Positions 8,420 through 18,965 of a stretch of DNA of 64,000 bases are shown piece by piece. Source of the DNA: an uncultured virus (IMG/VR IMGVR_UViG_3300009159_000038). Lineage: Duplodnaviria; Heunggongvirae; Uroviricota; Caudoviricetes. Position 1 is the stretch's first letter; each line of letters opens with the position of its first letter. The DNA is taken from positions 62,001 to 126,000 of the IMG/VR virus record IMGVR_UViG_3300009159_000038; one strand, written 5' to 3'. A program made the position numbers and the translations under genes. The notes beneath the pieces are model-generated. The model was not told the DNA's origin. It ran no database searches and saw only the letters and a list, made by a program, of their open reading frames with translations.

Positions 8420-9343
8420 ATGGAAAACAAATTCGACATCTTTAATCTGTCTTTGGAAGATTTCAAAACAGAAGAAAAACCAAAATCTGGTCAGGATCTT
8501 TACAAAACAGATCCTAAATTATCTAAGGACTCTATCTACAGAGCAATCGTTCGTTTCATACCGAACGTTAAAAACCCAAAGAAATCTTTCGTTAAAAAAT
8601 TCTCATACTGGTTGGAAGACGCAGGTGGAAATGGATTTTACGTAGATTGTCCTTCATCAATTGGTGACAAATCAATTATTCAAGACACTTTCTGGAAGCT
8701 ATACAAATCGGAATCCGCTTTCGATAAAAAACAAGCTGAAAAGATTAAACGTAAAGAGTACTACTACTCTCTTGTTTATATCATGAAAGATCCACAACGT
8801 CCTGAATACGAAAACACCGTACAAATCCTTCGTTACCCTCGTGCCGTTAAGAAATTAATCGATTCGCAAATTCAACCAGATGTTACTGATTTGGAAATGG
8901 GAACCGAACCAACTAACGTTTTCGACTTCTTCGAAGGAAAAGACTTCTCATTAAAAGTTACAATGAAAGGTGGTTATTGGAATTATGACGAATGTAAATT
9001 CGCTCAAGCTAAAACTCCTATCACGGTAAATGCAGTTAAAATGGATAACAATTCAGAATCACGTAAAATGATTATGGACCTTTACGAAGGTGCTGCTGAT
9101 ATTGAAATCTATGACTTCAAACAATGGGATGAAGAATTAAGAAATAAGGTTAACAACGTATTGAGTGAAATTACAGGAAATCCCGGTGCTGCTTATAATG
9201 CAGTCACTTCTCCTGCTAAAACTGCTTCAGCTCCTCAACGAACTGAATCTGCTCCTAAAAAAGAAGAATCAATTCCTACTCCATCTAATCCAGGTACCGA
9301 TGAAAACATCGAGGATTGGTTGAAAGAATTTGATATCAAGTAA
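8420..9343 (+). CDS. 32: Single-stranded DNA-binding protein (T4 gp32-like)
   Basis: AIVRFIP, YY..VYI.KDP..PE.E..V, FDF.EG.DF.LK...KGGY.NYD.C.F, acidic C-terminal tail. Confidence 0.9.
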   Translation: MENKFDIFNLSLEDFKTEEKPKSGQDLYKTDPKLSKDSIYRAIVRFIPNVKNPKKSFVKKFSYWLEDAGGNGFYVDCPSSIGDKSIIQDTFWKLYKSESAFDKKQAEKIKRKEYYYSLVYIMKDPQRPEYENTVQILRYPRAVKKLIDSQIQPDVTDLEMGTEPTNVFDFFEGKDFSLKVTMKGGYWNYDECKFAQAKTPITVNAVKMDNNSESRKMIMDLYEGAADIEIYDFKQWDEELRNKVNNVLSEITGNPGAAYNAVTSPAKTASAPQRTESAPKKEESIPTPSNPGTDENIEDWLKEFDIK

Positions 9344-9368
9344 TCAAATCTTATTAACACAAATTCAT

Positions 9369-9396
9369 AAAGGGGTTCTATATGGACCCCTTTTTT
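9369..9396 (+). terminator. Rho-independent terminator
   Basis: AGGGGTTC/GGACCCCT stem followed by a T run. Confidence 0.85.
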
Positions 9397-9408
9397 CTTA
9401 TAATAAAT

Positions 9409-10479
9409 ATGGAATTAAAAGAATCTTCGAGGAATCATATTACATCGTTGATAGATTCAATTCTCCATGAACAATTTTCAGGAGAAAAGGCACAACCAAA
9501 AATATATCGAGATCGTATAAATTTTGCATGCCCTTATTGTGGCGATTCACATGGTGCTCACAAGAAACGTGGAAATATTTATTGGAAAAATTTAAAATTT
9601 CATTGCTACAATGGTGGATGTCCTAAACCACATACTACGGTAGTTGATTTTTTAAAAGATCATGGAAAATCTTTCAATAAGAAAGATGAACTTATTTATG
9701 TACTAGATTTTATTCAAGCAAATACGATTGTAGTACCAACTAAAGATTATCTTCAAGTAGGTATATTTGGCGAACTTCGAAAAGGTGCAATACCTTTAAT
9801 TGAAGTAAAAACCAAGCTAAATCTAATTGATCCAAATAAGAATTTAAGAATTGAAGCATATTTAAAAGCTCGATTCATGCATTACAAAATGGAATTCTTT
9901 GCATACGATCCTAAACGAGATCAACTCTACATATTCAATCTAACACCAGATAAACAAAGTGTATTAGGTTGGCAAATTCGTAATTTCGGTAAAAGAACCG
10001 ATGAAGCAAAATATGTAAGTTATAATATGGAAAAAATGCATCTCATCGTTCGAGAAAAACTTCTAGAAGGAAGTGGTGAAACGGTAATGCGTTTAAATAC
10101 TTTATCACTTTTCTTCAATATAATGTTAACCGACTTTACTCAAATGGTAACTGTATTTGAAGGTCCAATGGATGCATTTCTTTGTAAAAATGCAATAGCA
10201 CTTTCAGGAATCGATAAACCATTTGATATGTTTAATGAAATGCCTAATATGCGTTATCTATTTGATAATGATTATATTGGCAGAAAGAAAATGGAAGATA
10301 TCTTAAAGAAAAAACGATCAGTATTTATGTGGAATAAAATCATAAGAGATTATAAGATACGTGAAAAGGTGAAAGATCTACAAGATCTATTCGCTTATTG
10401 TTGGAAAACTAAGAATGAAGCAATTAAAAATTATGGTGAATACTTTACATCAAATCCCCTCGATATCAGATCTGTATAG
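9409..10479 (+). CDS. 61: DNA primase (T4 gp61-like)
   Basis: Zn finger NFACPYCGDS..KKRG...FHCYN.GC; TOPRIM motifs VFEGPMDA and YLFDND. Confidence 0.9.
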   Translation: MELKESSRNHITSLIDSILHEQFSGEKAQPKIYRDRINFACPYCGDSHGAHKKRGNIYWKNLKFHCYNGGCPKPHTTVVDFLKDHGKSFNKKDELIYVLDFIQANTIVVPTKDYLQVGIFGELRKGAIPLIEVKTKLNLIDPNKNLRIEAYLKARFMHYKMEFFAYDPKRDQLYIFNLTPDKQSVLGWQIRNFGKRTDEAKYVSYNMEKMHLIVREKLLEGSGETVMRLNTLSLFFNIMLTDFTQMVTVFEGPMDAFLCKNAIALSGIDKPFDMFNEMPNMRYLFDNDYIGRKKMEDILKKKRSVFMWNKIIRDYKIREKVKDLQDLFAYCWKTKNEAIKNYGEYFTSNPLDIRSV

Positions 10480-10480
10480 A

Positions 10481-10693
10481 ATGGAAAACGAAGCTAAAAA
10501 ACTCGAAGAATTTGAGGAACAAAATCTCAAAGCGCCAATAGATTTTATCGCATCCGAGAAATTAGTAGCCGAAGATCTACATAAACAATTTGAGATTCCC
10601 AGCATAAAATATAAAGAAAGACCCAAAAATAAGGGTAAGGCCATTGTGGTAAAACCTAATCGAAAACAAAAGGCTACTAATAATTTATTTTAA
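10481..10693 (+). CDS. Small hypothetical protein
   Basis: ATG at 10481 directly after the primase stop; coupled to the next gene. Confidence 0.55.
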   Translation: MENEAKKLEEFEEQNLKAPIDFIASEKLVAEDLHKQFEIPSIKYKERPKNKGKAIVVKPNRKQKATNNLF

Positions 10694-11139
10694 TGACACC
10701 AGAAGAACAAAAAGTCGAAACCTTAGATACCGCATTAACATCTGAAAGAGATGATTTTTCAGTAAAGATTCTTGAGCTAATCAAGAGTATTAACGATGTA
10801 TCTAAAATTGCAGAGGCTCAAGTTCTTATGTTATCTTATCGTCACATGATGGTTGATAAGATAACTAAATATCGAGTAGCACTTTACAAAAAGAAAACAT
10901 CGGATTCAAATTATCGAAAACTTCGATATGAATATTATAAAACTCAACATGATGTTAGATTAGATCATCGAGAAATTAACCAATACATTGATTCGGATAT
11001 GGCACTTAGAATCCGTCAAACTGAATTACTAGAATCTCAAGTAAACTTCTTTCAACAATGTGTTGAAACTCTCGATAAAATGGGATTCTCAATAAAGAAT
11101 CGAATACAAATCGAGGAAATTAATCAACGAGCATACTAA
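10693..11139 (+). CDS. uvsY: Recombination mediator UvsY-like protein
   Basis: Helical 148-aa protein with YEYY...YIDSD...GFSIKN.I motifs; adjacent to UvsW as in T4. Confidence 0.7.
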   Translation: MTPEEQKVETLDTALTSERDDFSVKILELIKSINDVSKIAEAQVLMLSYRHMMVDKITKYRVALYKKKTSDSNYRKLRYEYYKTQHDVRLDHREINQYIDSDMALRIRQTELLESQVNFFQQCVETLDKMGFSIKNRIQIEEINQRAY

Positions 11140-12662
11140 TGGAATGGAACTTAACACATAACGATAAAATACTTACTTTAGTTTCTGCAACGGAAATGGA
11201 GATAGAACAACTCAATTTGACATTTGAACGTGAAGTAGCAAATGCCAAATGGGATCCAAGAGTAAAGAAAGGTTGGTGGAATGGGAAAATTTCTTATTTC
11301 AAATCAAACCGATATCTTCCTGCTGGATTATGGGATGAACTAGTAGGATTAGGAAGACAATATAATTTTGAACTTAAAATCAATGGTATTGAACGTAAAT
11401 TCGATCGAGATATTACGATGGAAGATTTACAAGCTTGGGTTGATGATCGTTGGAAAGATGCTAAGATGAAACCTCGAGATTATCAAGTTGAAGCCGTATT
11501 CAATATTGTTAAATATCAAAATTGTTTAGCTGAACTTGCTACATCTGCTGGTAAGACCTTAATTACTTACATGGCAATCGCCTATTTGCTAGAAACTCAA
11601 AGATCTCACAAGATTTTAATGATCGTTCCTACCGTTGACCTTGTTGTACAAGGAACAGAAGATTTTTATGAATATAACGAAGAGTCTTGTAGATTAAAGC
11701 TAGACATTCAACAAATATTTGCTGGATCTATTATTCGAGAAAAATCTAACGTAGTTATCGGTACATATCAATCTCTGGTTAAAAAAGAAAAATCATATTT
11801 CGACGAATTCGATGCTGTTATTGTAGATGAAACTCATAAAGCTAAATCTGCATCAATTAAAACTATTCTTGAAAAATGTGAAAACGCAACAAGGAAATTT
11901 GGTTTATCTGGAACTATTCCAAAACCAGGAACTCTTGATAGATTAACTCTTATGGCATATACCGGACCGGTTATATCTAATGTTCGTGCTGATTTTTTAA
12001 TTGAACAAGGACATATCACTCCATGTGAAGTATATGTAGTTGAAATGGATTATGCCACTAAAGAAGTTAAAGAAGGATTCAAAACTTTATTTCAAAGATC
12101 AGAAGATGATCGTAAGAAGCTACTTCATATGGAACAAAATTATGCAATCCAATCCGAAGAACGATTAGATTTTATTACCGATCTAATTCTAAAGAACAAG
12201 AAAAATGCATTAGTTCTTTTTTATCGAATCGAATATGGCCAAAAAATATTCAATAAGCTAAGAGATAAAACCGATCGAAGAGTACTTTACATAGATGGTG
12301 GAATTGACAAAGATGTCAGAGAAACTCATCGTGAAGCCCTCGAAGAAGGTGAAGAGAAAATAATGATTGCATCATATGGAACTTTCTCAACCGGTATCAA
12401 CGTAAAGAATATTCATACGGTATATCTAACTGAATCATTCAAATCAGAAGTAATTATTCGTCAATCTATTGGTAGAGGATTAAGATTACATGAAGATAAG
12501 AAAAAACTTCTCATAGTTGACTTCGTGGATGATTTTAGATCAGGAAAATTTCAAAACTACTTATATAAGCACTCTATAGCTCGTCAAGCTATCTACGACG
12601 ATCAAAACTTTCCATACACCATAAAAACCGTAGATCTTCAGAGAATATATAATAAAAAATAG
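11139..12662 (+). CDS. uvsW: SF2 DNA helicase UvsW
   Basis: PRDYQ, ATSAGKT, VDETH, GLSGT, ASYGTFSTGIN, QSIGRGLR. Confidence 0.93.
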   Translation: MEWNLTHNDKILTLVSATEMEIEQLNLTFEREVANAKWDPRVKKGWWNGKISYFKSNRYLPAGLWDELVGLGRQYNFELKINGIERKFDRDITMEDLQAWVDDRWKDAKMKPRDYQVEAVFNIVKYQNCLAELATSAGKTLITYMAIAYLLETQRSHKILMIVPTVDLVVQGTEDFYEYNEESCRLKLDIQQIFAGSIIREKSNVVIGTYQSLVKKEKSYFDEFDAVIVDETHKAKSASIKTILEKCENATRKFGLSGTIPKPGTLDRLTLMAYTGPVISNVRADFLIEQGHITPCEVYVVEMDYATKEVKEGFKTLFQRSEDDRKKLLHMEQNYAIQSEERLDFITDLILKNKKNALVLFYRIEYGQKIFNKLRDKTDRRVLYIDGGIDKDVRETHREALEEGEEKIMIASYGTFSTGINVKNIHTVYLTESFKSEVIIRQSIGRGLRLHEDKKKLLIVDFVDDFRSGKFQNYLYKHSIARQAIYDDQNFPYTIKTVDLQRIYNKK

Positions 12663-12672
12663 TAGACTCAGA

Positions 12673-12879
12673 ATGGCGATACTAAAGTTCAAACAATTTC
12701 GTAATGTACGAAATGAGACTAAAGCGACTAAATTAAAAGAGAAAGCCTCAACTGCTTTCAAAGAAGCATATTATTCTAAATTAGAAGCTTTAGGTGCTAA
12801 AGATGCATCTGAATTAAATGATGCTCAGCTTACTCAATTCTTAGATGAATTAAAAACCTACCGAAACCAACAATCATAA
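12673..12879 (+). CDS. Small putative internal head protein
   Basis: Leader MAILKFKQFRNVRNE; late-promoter motif at 12644. Confidence 0.55.
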   Translation: MAILKFKQFRNVRNETKATKLKEKASTAFKEAYYSKLEALGAKDASELNDAQLTQFLDELKTYRNQQS

Positions 12880-14105
12880 TGGCAGAACTACAATCATTAA
12901 AGTCGATATTTCAAAGAGAAGGCTTGGAATTCATCCAAAAACTTTTCAACAATTTTGTGGTTGTTTCTGAGAAAGTTGGTGGGACTAGATTTGCATTTGA
13001 AAAAACCGAAAATGGTTTATCTTTCTTTAAGAAGGAAGGTAAAATCACTAAGGTCGATAGATCTTTATCTAAATTATACGAACAACCTATTAGGTATATT
13101 GAAACTTTATCCAAAGATATTATAAAAGAACTTCCTGAAGGTTATCGTTATGGATTCCGATACTTCTTAAATACCAAACCGGAAGCTATTCAATATGATA
13201 ATATGCCTCTCAATGGTTTAATTCTAACCGATCTTCAAAGAACATCTGATGGAAAAATGATTGAAGATCCTAAAATTCTTCAAAAAATATCAGATCTTTT
13301 AACCGTTCAATCACCTCCAATTATTTGGTATGGTAAATTAGACGACGCTCAAAAAGAAGACCTTTTGACATTTATAAAGACGGCAGAATCCGAGCTAACT
13401 TTACTTTATAAAACCTCTTCATTTACAAAATATGTGGTTTCTATACTGAATCCAAAGTTAAAGAAAACTGCACTTAATAATGATTTGAACAAACCGATTG
13501 ATTCAATCATATTCAAATTCATATCTGATGAAAATCAAGAAACCGTCTCTGCTAAAGTAGTAGATCCCATTATTGCAAATGTAAACCGCGATAAAAAAGT
13601 TGATAGAGAACCAACGGATATGTATGGAATTATCCTATCTGATATCGTTGAATTTCTTAAAATTACCGGTCTTGGCCAATATAGTTTAAAAGAAACTGAA
13701 GAAGAGGAAAGATTCCTTGAGTTAATGTGCTTGGTATATAATAAATATATTAAGAAAAATGAATACAAATATGAAGGCGTAGAAATGGATCCTCTTTCAT
13801 TTAATTCGGTTCCTCAATTTGATCTTAATATCGGATTCATTACTAACGAAGAAACTCGCGAATTCCTAGAGAAATCTAAAATGAATAAAATCATATTCCG
13901 AATTCTTGTATCTTCTATAATTAAACCCAAGAAGAAACCTACCGGAACTCTTACCGATCTTCTCTTAAAAGAACTTAAATTGATTGCCGATAAGATTTCC
14001 ATCAAAGTTCAAGGCAAATCAGACACAAACAAAAATGAAGGTCTTGCAACATTTGAAGACTTCCTAAAAAGAAAACAGGAAGGTAAATATATAATAAAAG
14101 ACTAA
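12879..14105 (+). CDS. Hypothetical protein with degenerate ligase-like nucleotidyltransferase motif
   Basis: VVSEKVGGTRFAF resembles ligase motif I (ExxDG-type) with D replaced by G; PPIIWYG; C-terminal LATFEDFL. Confidence 0.4.
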   Translation: MAELQSLKSIFQREGLEFIQKLFNNFVVVSEKVGGTRFAFEKTENGLSFFKKEGKITKVDRSLSKLYEQPIRYIETLSKDIIKELPEGYRYGFRYFLNTKPEAIQYDNMPLNGLILTDLQRTSDGKMIEDPKILQKISDLLTVQSPPIIWYGKLDDAQKEDLLTFIKTAESELTLLYKTSSFTKYVVSILNPKLKKTALNNDLNKPIDSIIFKFISDENQETVSAKVVDPIIANVNRDKKVDREPTDMYGIILSDIVEFLKITGLGQYSLKETEEEERFLELMCLVYNKYIKKNEYKYEGVEMDPLSFNSVPQFDLNIGFITNEETREFLEKSKMNKIIFRILVSSIIKPKKKPTGTLTDLLLKELKLIADKISIKVQGKSDTNKNEGLATFEDFLKRKQEGKYIIKD

Positions 14106-14113
14106 AACACCAA

Positions 14114-14374
14114 ATGAAAGCTATTCCAAAATTTAATGAGTTTAAAACTGTAGGTATGAATGAAGCCCATGATAATGTTGAGCATTACATGTTCTTTAAG
14201 AATATCGAAACTATTAAAATGATGATCGATGATCTTATGCAAATGAATCCTACTGAAGTAGATATGCTTTTGAATAATGGACACGATTGGGCAGCTGATC
14301 ATATTGCATCTTCAAAAGATGATATTCAAGAAGTTACTGACTTCCTTAAAGGAGAAATAAAACAACAATCATAA
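14114..14374 (+). CDS. Putative internal head protein
   Basis: Leader MKAIPKFNEFKTVGMNE; late motif at 14086. Confidence 0.6.
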   Translation: MKAIPKFNEFKTVGMNEAHDNVEHYMFFKNIETIKMMIDDLMQMNPTEVDMLLNNGHDWAADHIASSKDDIQEVTDFLKGEIKQQS

Positions 14375-14389
14375 AAAAAACATCTAAGT

Positions 14390-14746
14390 ATGTCACAAGA
14401 TCTAAACGAAGGAACTCATCAAATTAAACGCAAATATGCGGAACATGGAGCAATCAATGTATATGAAAGAGGTCCAATCAGAAACAAAATTATTGAATTC
14501 GTAAAAAACAAACATGTTACGGAATCTGAACTTAAAGATTATGTTAAGAAATTAGCAGAAGATCGTGGAGCTGATTTTGACTCTAACAAATGGTTCAAAA
14601 GAAATGAAAGATATTTTGAATCATATCAAAACCGAGGTCAACAAGTTTATACTCTTTCTAAATTTGGTCAACGAGTTTATGAGTATATTGTTAAAGCTCA
14701 AGCACAAAAACAAATCAACGAATCTGTTGGTTTATTCAAATTCTAA
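14390..14746 (+). CDS. Hypothetical protein (possible winged helix)
   Basis: Clean ORF; YTLSKFGQR wing-like segment; LNE/INE sites at both ends. Confidence 0.55.
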   Translation: MSQDLNEGTHQIKRKYAEHGAINVYERGPIRNKIIEFVKNKHVTESELKDYVKKLAEDRGADFDSNKWFKRNERYFESYQNRGQQVYTLSKFGQRVYEYIVKAQAQKQINESVGLFKF

Positions 14747-14764
14747 ATAAAAATTAACATAAAT

Positions 14765-15790
14765 ATGAAATTACTTAACTTTAATGAGTTCATTACTCAT
14801 CTAAATGAATCACAAGAACTTCTATTAGAAGCTTTCAATTCGAGCATTCTACAAAGCATCGTGACTAAACAACGTCAAGGAGGAATTGATAAGAAATTCT
14901 TTGATATGCTTTCTAAAAACTATGGTATTGCTCCTTCTGAAGTAACTAACCTAGATATTAATATCGTTCAACCTGCAGATGCTGCTAAATATGCGGCTGC
15001 AAATCCAAATCAAATCTTAATTTATTATTCAACAACTGAAAAGGAAAATCCTTATGTTTCCAAAGATGGTAAATATTACTACGGAACAATTAAAGCAGAT
15101 GTTCCTTTAGCTATCGTTAAAGGTAAATTATTCATGGGGTTATCTTATGATCGTTGGGCTTCCAAAGGTGGAAAAGCCGTATATAAATTAGTTCCTGGAA
15201 CCGATGCTGGTTCTTCATTAGGACTTGATAACAAACAAGGTAGTGGATATGGTTCTAGTGGAATCAATACCCTTAAGAAAATGGCAGATATTTCTGATAT
15301 CGTTTATGCCATCAATCCGGATACAGTTCCTTCATCTAAACAAACTAGAGATGATCGAAAAGAATCTAAATCTGGTGCTGCTGCTTTTATCGATGATAAA
15401 CAATTTAAAGCGGACAATCAAGCTAGATATGAAGCTATTTTAAAAGATCGTGCTTCTAATGAAGATATTGATGCAATAGTTTCTGCCGCAATCGAAGAGC
15501 TTACTGCACAAATTAAAGCGGCCGTAGCTAAAAAGACCATGACCAAATATGGAGATATTCTTGTTGGAACTTCACCTAAAGGAAGAGAAGTTAAAATGAG
15601 TGATGCTGGTAATCATATGAGTAACATTCTTAGAGATTATGGTTATTATGCTCAAGGTAAAAATGATCAAGCTAAATCTGAAGAACGTTGGGGTGAAATG
15701 GACAAATACCAACGTGATAGATCTGCTCAATATGCTAAATCTATTAAAGACGCTTATAACAAGATTAGTACTTTTAATTACGCTTGGTAA
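14765..15790 (+). CDS. Putative internal head protein
   Basis: Leader MKLLNFNEFITHLNE..LLLE; 341-aa ORF. Confidence 0.65.
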   Translation: MKLLNFNEFITHLNESQELLLEAFNSSILQSIVTKQRQGGIDKKFFDMLSKNYGIAPSEVTNLDINIVQPADAAKYAAANPNQILIYYSTTEKENPYVSKDGKYYYGTIKADVPLAIVKGKLFMGLSYDRWASKGGKAVYKLVPGTDAGSSLGLDNKQGSGYGSSGINTLKKMADISDIVYAINPDTVPSSKQTRDDRKESKSGAAAFIDDKQFKADNQARYEAILKDRASNEDIDAIVSAAIEELTAQIKAAVAKKTMTKYGDILVGTSPKGREVKMSDAGNHMSNILRDYGYYAQGKNDQAKSEERWGEMDKYQRDRSAQYAKSIKDAYNKISTFNYAW

Positions 15791-15791
15791 T

Positions 15792-16298
15792 ATGCCATCA
15801 ACTTCAATTGCACAACAAAGACTTATGGGTCAGGCTTACGCTCTCAAAACTGGAGAGCTTAAGTCTTCTGACTTAGATCCTAAATATCGAAAACAAATAG
15901 AAGATCTAGCCGCATCAATGACAGAAAAAGACCTAAAAGACTTTGCTGAAACATCACATAAAGGCCTACCACAAAAAATAAAAGAAAACTATAAAATGAA
16001 TAAACACATACCTACGTTCGAATCTTTCATTAATGAAAACATTGATGTTAAATATTGGGCAGGATATAATGATGATGCTGGAGTTCAAGGACAAAGCAAA
16101 CATTATTCAGATAAATCAACAGATTTTGAGGATACCTTTGAAGATGCTGTTACTGAATGGAACCAAGAAGCTGATGGTGAAAATATGATAAAAGGTGCTC
16201 AAATTCAAAAGATCAAGAAATTAGCACAAGAATTCTTCAAGAAAGCCGGTTGGATATCTGTTAATGTTGTCCAAGCAATGATTACTCAAGAATCTTAA
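15792..16298 (+). CDS. DUF3008-like protein fused in frame to a second leader-bearing domain (internal ATG at 15996)
   Basis: MPSTSIAQQRLMG.A...SMTEKDLKDFA.T.HKGLP, then MNKHIPTFESFINE. Confidence 0.65.
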   Translation: MPSTSIAQQRLMGQAYALKTGELKSSDLDPKYRKQIEDLAASMTEKDLKDFAETSHKGLPQKIKENYKMNKHIPTFESFINENIDVKYWAGYNDDAGVQGQSKHYSDKSTDFEDTFEDAVTEWNQEADGENMIKGAQIQKIKKLAQEFFKKAGWISVNVVQAMITQES

Positions 16299-16300
16299 TA

Positions 16301-16537
16301 ATGAAACCTATAAAAGAAAATACTTCTGCTGCAACACCTGCTTCTGTAAATGGAATGGGTGCTCCGGCATTGCCAGGTAATCCTGGAACTCAAGCTGGAT
16401 TCGTCTCACAAAAGACAGGATCCGGTGATATACCTTATTCGTTGGTTAAAGGCCAACCGAAGAAAAAGAAGAAATCCTCCTTCAAGAAATTTAAAGACTT
16501 CATTAAAGGAAGCGAGGAAGTTAGAACTGCCTTTTAA
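16301..16537 (+). CDS. Small low-complexity hypothetical protein
   Basis: Gly/Pro-rich with a Lys run; C-terminal FKKFKDFI. Confidence 0.55.
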   Translation: MKPIKENTSAATPASVNGMGAPALPGNPGTQAGFVSQKTGSGDIPYSLVKGQPKKKKKSSFKKFKDFIKGSEEVRTAF

Positions 16538-16572
16538 GTTAGCGGTCCTTAATAAAACAGAGAAAATGGACA

Positions 16573-16794
16573 GTGATAATTGTAAAACGAACATTCAACA
16601 AATTGTCTTGGAGGACGATTTGCCTGATCCTAGCAACATTCTTCAACCCTCTTGGATTCGACGCCTTATTCGCTTTGGTGACGAAACTGACTGGATCTTA
16701 TCTAATAACCGATATTATCTTCTATTCCATTTCGGCATTCTTTTTTGGTTTATATTTTTTAACCGATCCAAATAAAAAGTTTTCTACAAAGTAA
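16573..16794 (+). CDS. Small membrane protein
   Basis: Two hydrophobic segments; GTG start. Confidence 0.55.
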   Translation: MIIVKRTFNKLSWRTICLILATFFNPLGFDALFALVTKLTGSYLITDIIFYSISAFFFGLYFLTDPNKKFSTK

Positions 16795-16831
16795 AATCCC
16801 AACATATAATTTCATATAATTATAAAATCAT

Positions 16832-17323
16832 ATGAAATTTCTAAAAGTACGTAATGTGAAGTCACCTATCCGAGGAACTTCAAGATCTGCCGGTATCGAT
16901 TTTTTTGTTCCTGATGAATGGAATGAAGGTCAACCATACTCAATACCTCCAGGAGGCAGAGTTCTAATTCCCAGTGGAATCAAAGTAAATGTAATTGATG
17001 GTCATGCTCTTATTGCTTTTAATAAGAGTGGAATTGCCACGAAGAAAGGTATTGTCGTAGGTGCTGAAGTAGTTGATGAAGATTACCAAGGAGAAATTCA
17101 TTTACATATTATAAACACAAATCAACTAACCGAAACTTTCGGTGATAGTGCTTATGCAATAGATACTGGTTATGTAGACATTATTCCAGGTGAAAAATTA
17201 ATGCAATTTATTTTGCTACCTATTAATTATTCAATGCCAGAAGAAGTCGAAACCATCGATGATCTATATGATGGTGTTACTGAAAGAGGTGAAGGTGGAT
17301 TTGGATCAACTGGATTAAAATAA
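16832..17323 (+). CDS. dut: dUTPase
   Basis: SAGIDF, KSG, VVDEDYQGEI, QFIL, RGEGGFGSTG (motifs I-V). Confidence 0.95.
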   Translation: MKFLKVRNVKSPIRGTSRSAGIDFFVPDEWNEGQPYSIPPGGRVLIPSGIKVNVIDGHALIAFNKSGIATKKGIVVGAEVVDEDYQGEIHLHIINTNQLTETFGDSAYAIDTGYVDIIPGEKLMQFILLPINYSMPEEVETIDDLYDGVTERGEGGFGSTGLK

Positions 17324-17336
17324 AAAAAAACAAATT

Positions 17337-17564
17337 ATGCAAAATCAAAATTTAAAAGGACCGAGTGTCGATTTATCGATGACAACCGCTGTAAAATGTG
17401 AAGCTGAAGATTGTGAGAATGAACGTTTCCGAGAAGTATATTTGATTCGTAAAATATCATCTATAATTACCGGAAGTGCTAAAGATTCTTACATGCCAAT
17501 ACCAACTTTCGAGTGCACTAAATGCGGTCATATAAATAAAGAATTCACCGTAAAAACAACGTAA
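17337..17564 (+). CDS. Small zinc-ribbon protein
   Basis: C....C and CTKCGH. Confidence 0.65.
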   Translation: MQNQNLKGPSVDLSMTTAVKCEAEDCENERFREVYLIRKISSIITGSAKDSYMPIPTFECTKCGHINKEFTVKTT

Positions 17565-18965
17565 ATGATATTAGATATTGAAAACAATTTCAATGAATTA
17601 ACCATTTCTTATTTCAATAAGGAAGGAAATATTCGTTTAAAGAAATATAAACTAACTGAAGAACAATGTTCCAATTGGCGATTATGTTCTGAATCCGATA
17701 CCAAGAAATCTACACAATTCAGGAATTGGGATGGAAAACCAGTAAAGAAAGTTAAAGATAAAAAACTTCAAAAATTCTCCATCTATGAATTTATCAACAA
17801 TTTAGAAGATGAAGATAAAGATGAAATTATCGGCTTCCATCTTCCTAAAATACAATCCGTCGATATTGAAACTGAAGTAATTGATTCTTTTCCAGATCCA
17901 AATATTGCTCGAGAAAGAATCACCACAATTGCAATTTCAACAGAAACTAATAAAACTATTGTTCTTGGTTGGAAAAAGATCACAAAAGAACAAGAGAAAG
18001 AAATATTCGATAAACATCGAGAATATCTGAAAAACTTCGGTGATTGGGATTTCAAATATATTTGTTTCGAGGATGAATTCAATATGATGTATACTTTTGT
18101 TAATCAATTTATTCCAAATTTCTCCGTAATGATTGGATGGAATTTTATGAACTTTGACTGGAAATACATCTATAATCGTTGTAAAAAGCTCGGGATAGAT
18201 ATTACCTCGGCTTCTCCTAGTAAGAAAGTACAAGGTAATGACAATATCTTAATGCACGTTGGTATTATCGATTATCTTGATATTTATAGAAGATGGGATA
18301 GAACAGTAGCTATCAAAGAAAGCAATTCATTAGATTTTGTTGCTAGTGCTGTTTTAGGAACAACCAAATTAAAGTACAATGGAACTCTACAAGAGTTATA
18401 CGAAAATGATTATGACAAATACATTTTATATAATGCCGTCGATGCTGCATTGGTGTCTTTAATACATCGTAAATTAAAAACTCTTAATATGGTATTCTCT
18501 ATCGGATGTATTTGTCGCGTTCCCATCTATCGAGCTTCCTCGGCTGTGAATGTTACTGAAGCTCTTCTTTGGAAAGGATTCTATAATCGAAATCAAGTAA
18601 TTGCCGATGATAGAACCGAAAAAATCAAAGGATCTTATGAAGGTGCTTATGTTAAAGAACCTGAACCAGGAATGTTCAGAGCGGCAACATGTTTTGATTA
18701 TGCATCTCTATATCCATCAATTATGCGTCAATACAATGTGTCACCTGAATCATTCTTACGAAAAGAATTAAACCAAGAAAATCTAGAAAAATATCGTCAA
18801 GATCCCAATTTCGTTGTATCGGTTACCGGTGCAATATATGATAACTCTAAGGTTTCTGTGTTAAAAGAAATTCTAACCGACCTTTATACTGAACGTAAAA
18901 CGAATAAAAATCGTGGACTCGATATCGAAAGATCTCTAATTAAAATAAAAAAGAAAAATGCCTAA
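17565..18965 (+). CDS. 43: Family B DNA polymerase, N-terminal subunit (gp43A-like: 3'-5' exonuclease, motif A, first finger helix)
   Basis: ExoI DIETE, ExoII GWNFMNFD, ExoIII YNAVD, YEGAYV.EP, FDYASLYPSIMRQYNVSPE; ends just after LY.ERK. Confidence 0.92.
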   Translation: MILDIENNFNELTISYFNKEGNIRLKKYKLTEEQCSNWRLCSESDTKKSTQFRNWDGKPVKKVKDKKLQKFSIYEFINNLEDEDKDEIIGFHLPKIQSVDIETEVIDSFPDPNIARERITTIAISTETNKTIVLGWKKITKEQEKEIFDKHREYLKNFGDWDFKYICFEDEFNMMYTFVNQFIPNFSVMIGWNFMNFDWKYIYNRCKKLGIDITSASPSKKVQGNDNILMHVGIIDYLDIYRRWDRTVAIKESNSLDFVASAVLGTTKLKYNGTLQELYENDYDKYILYNAVDAALVSLIHRKLKTLNMVFSIGCICRVPIYRASSAVNVTEALLWKGFYNRNQVIADDRTEKIKGSYEGAYVKEPEPGMFRAATCFDYASLYPSIMRQYNVSPESFLRKELNQENLEKYRQDPNFVVSVTGAIYDNSKVSVLKEILTDLYTERKTNKNRGLDIERSLIKIKKKNA

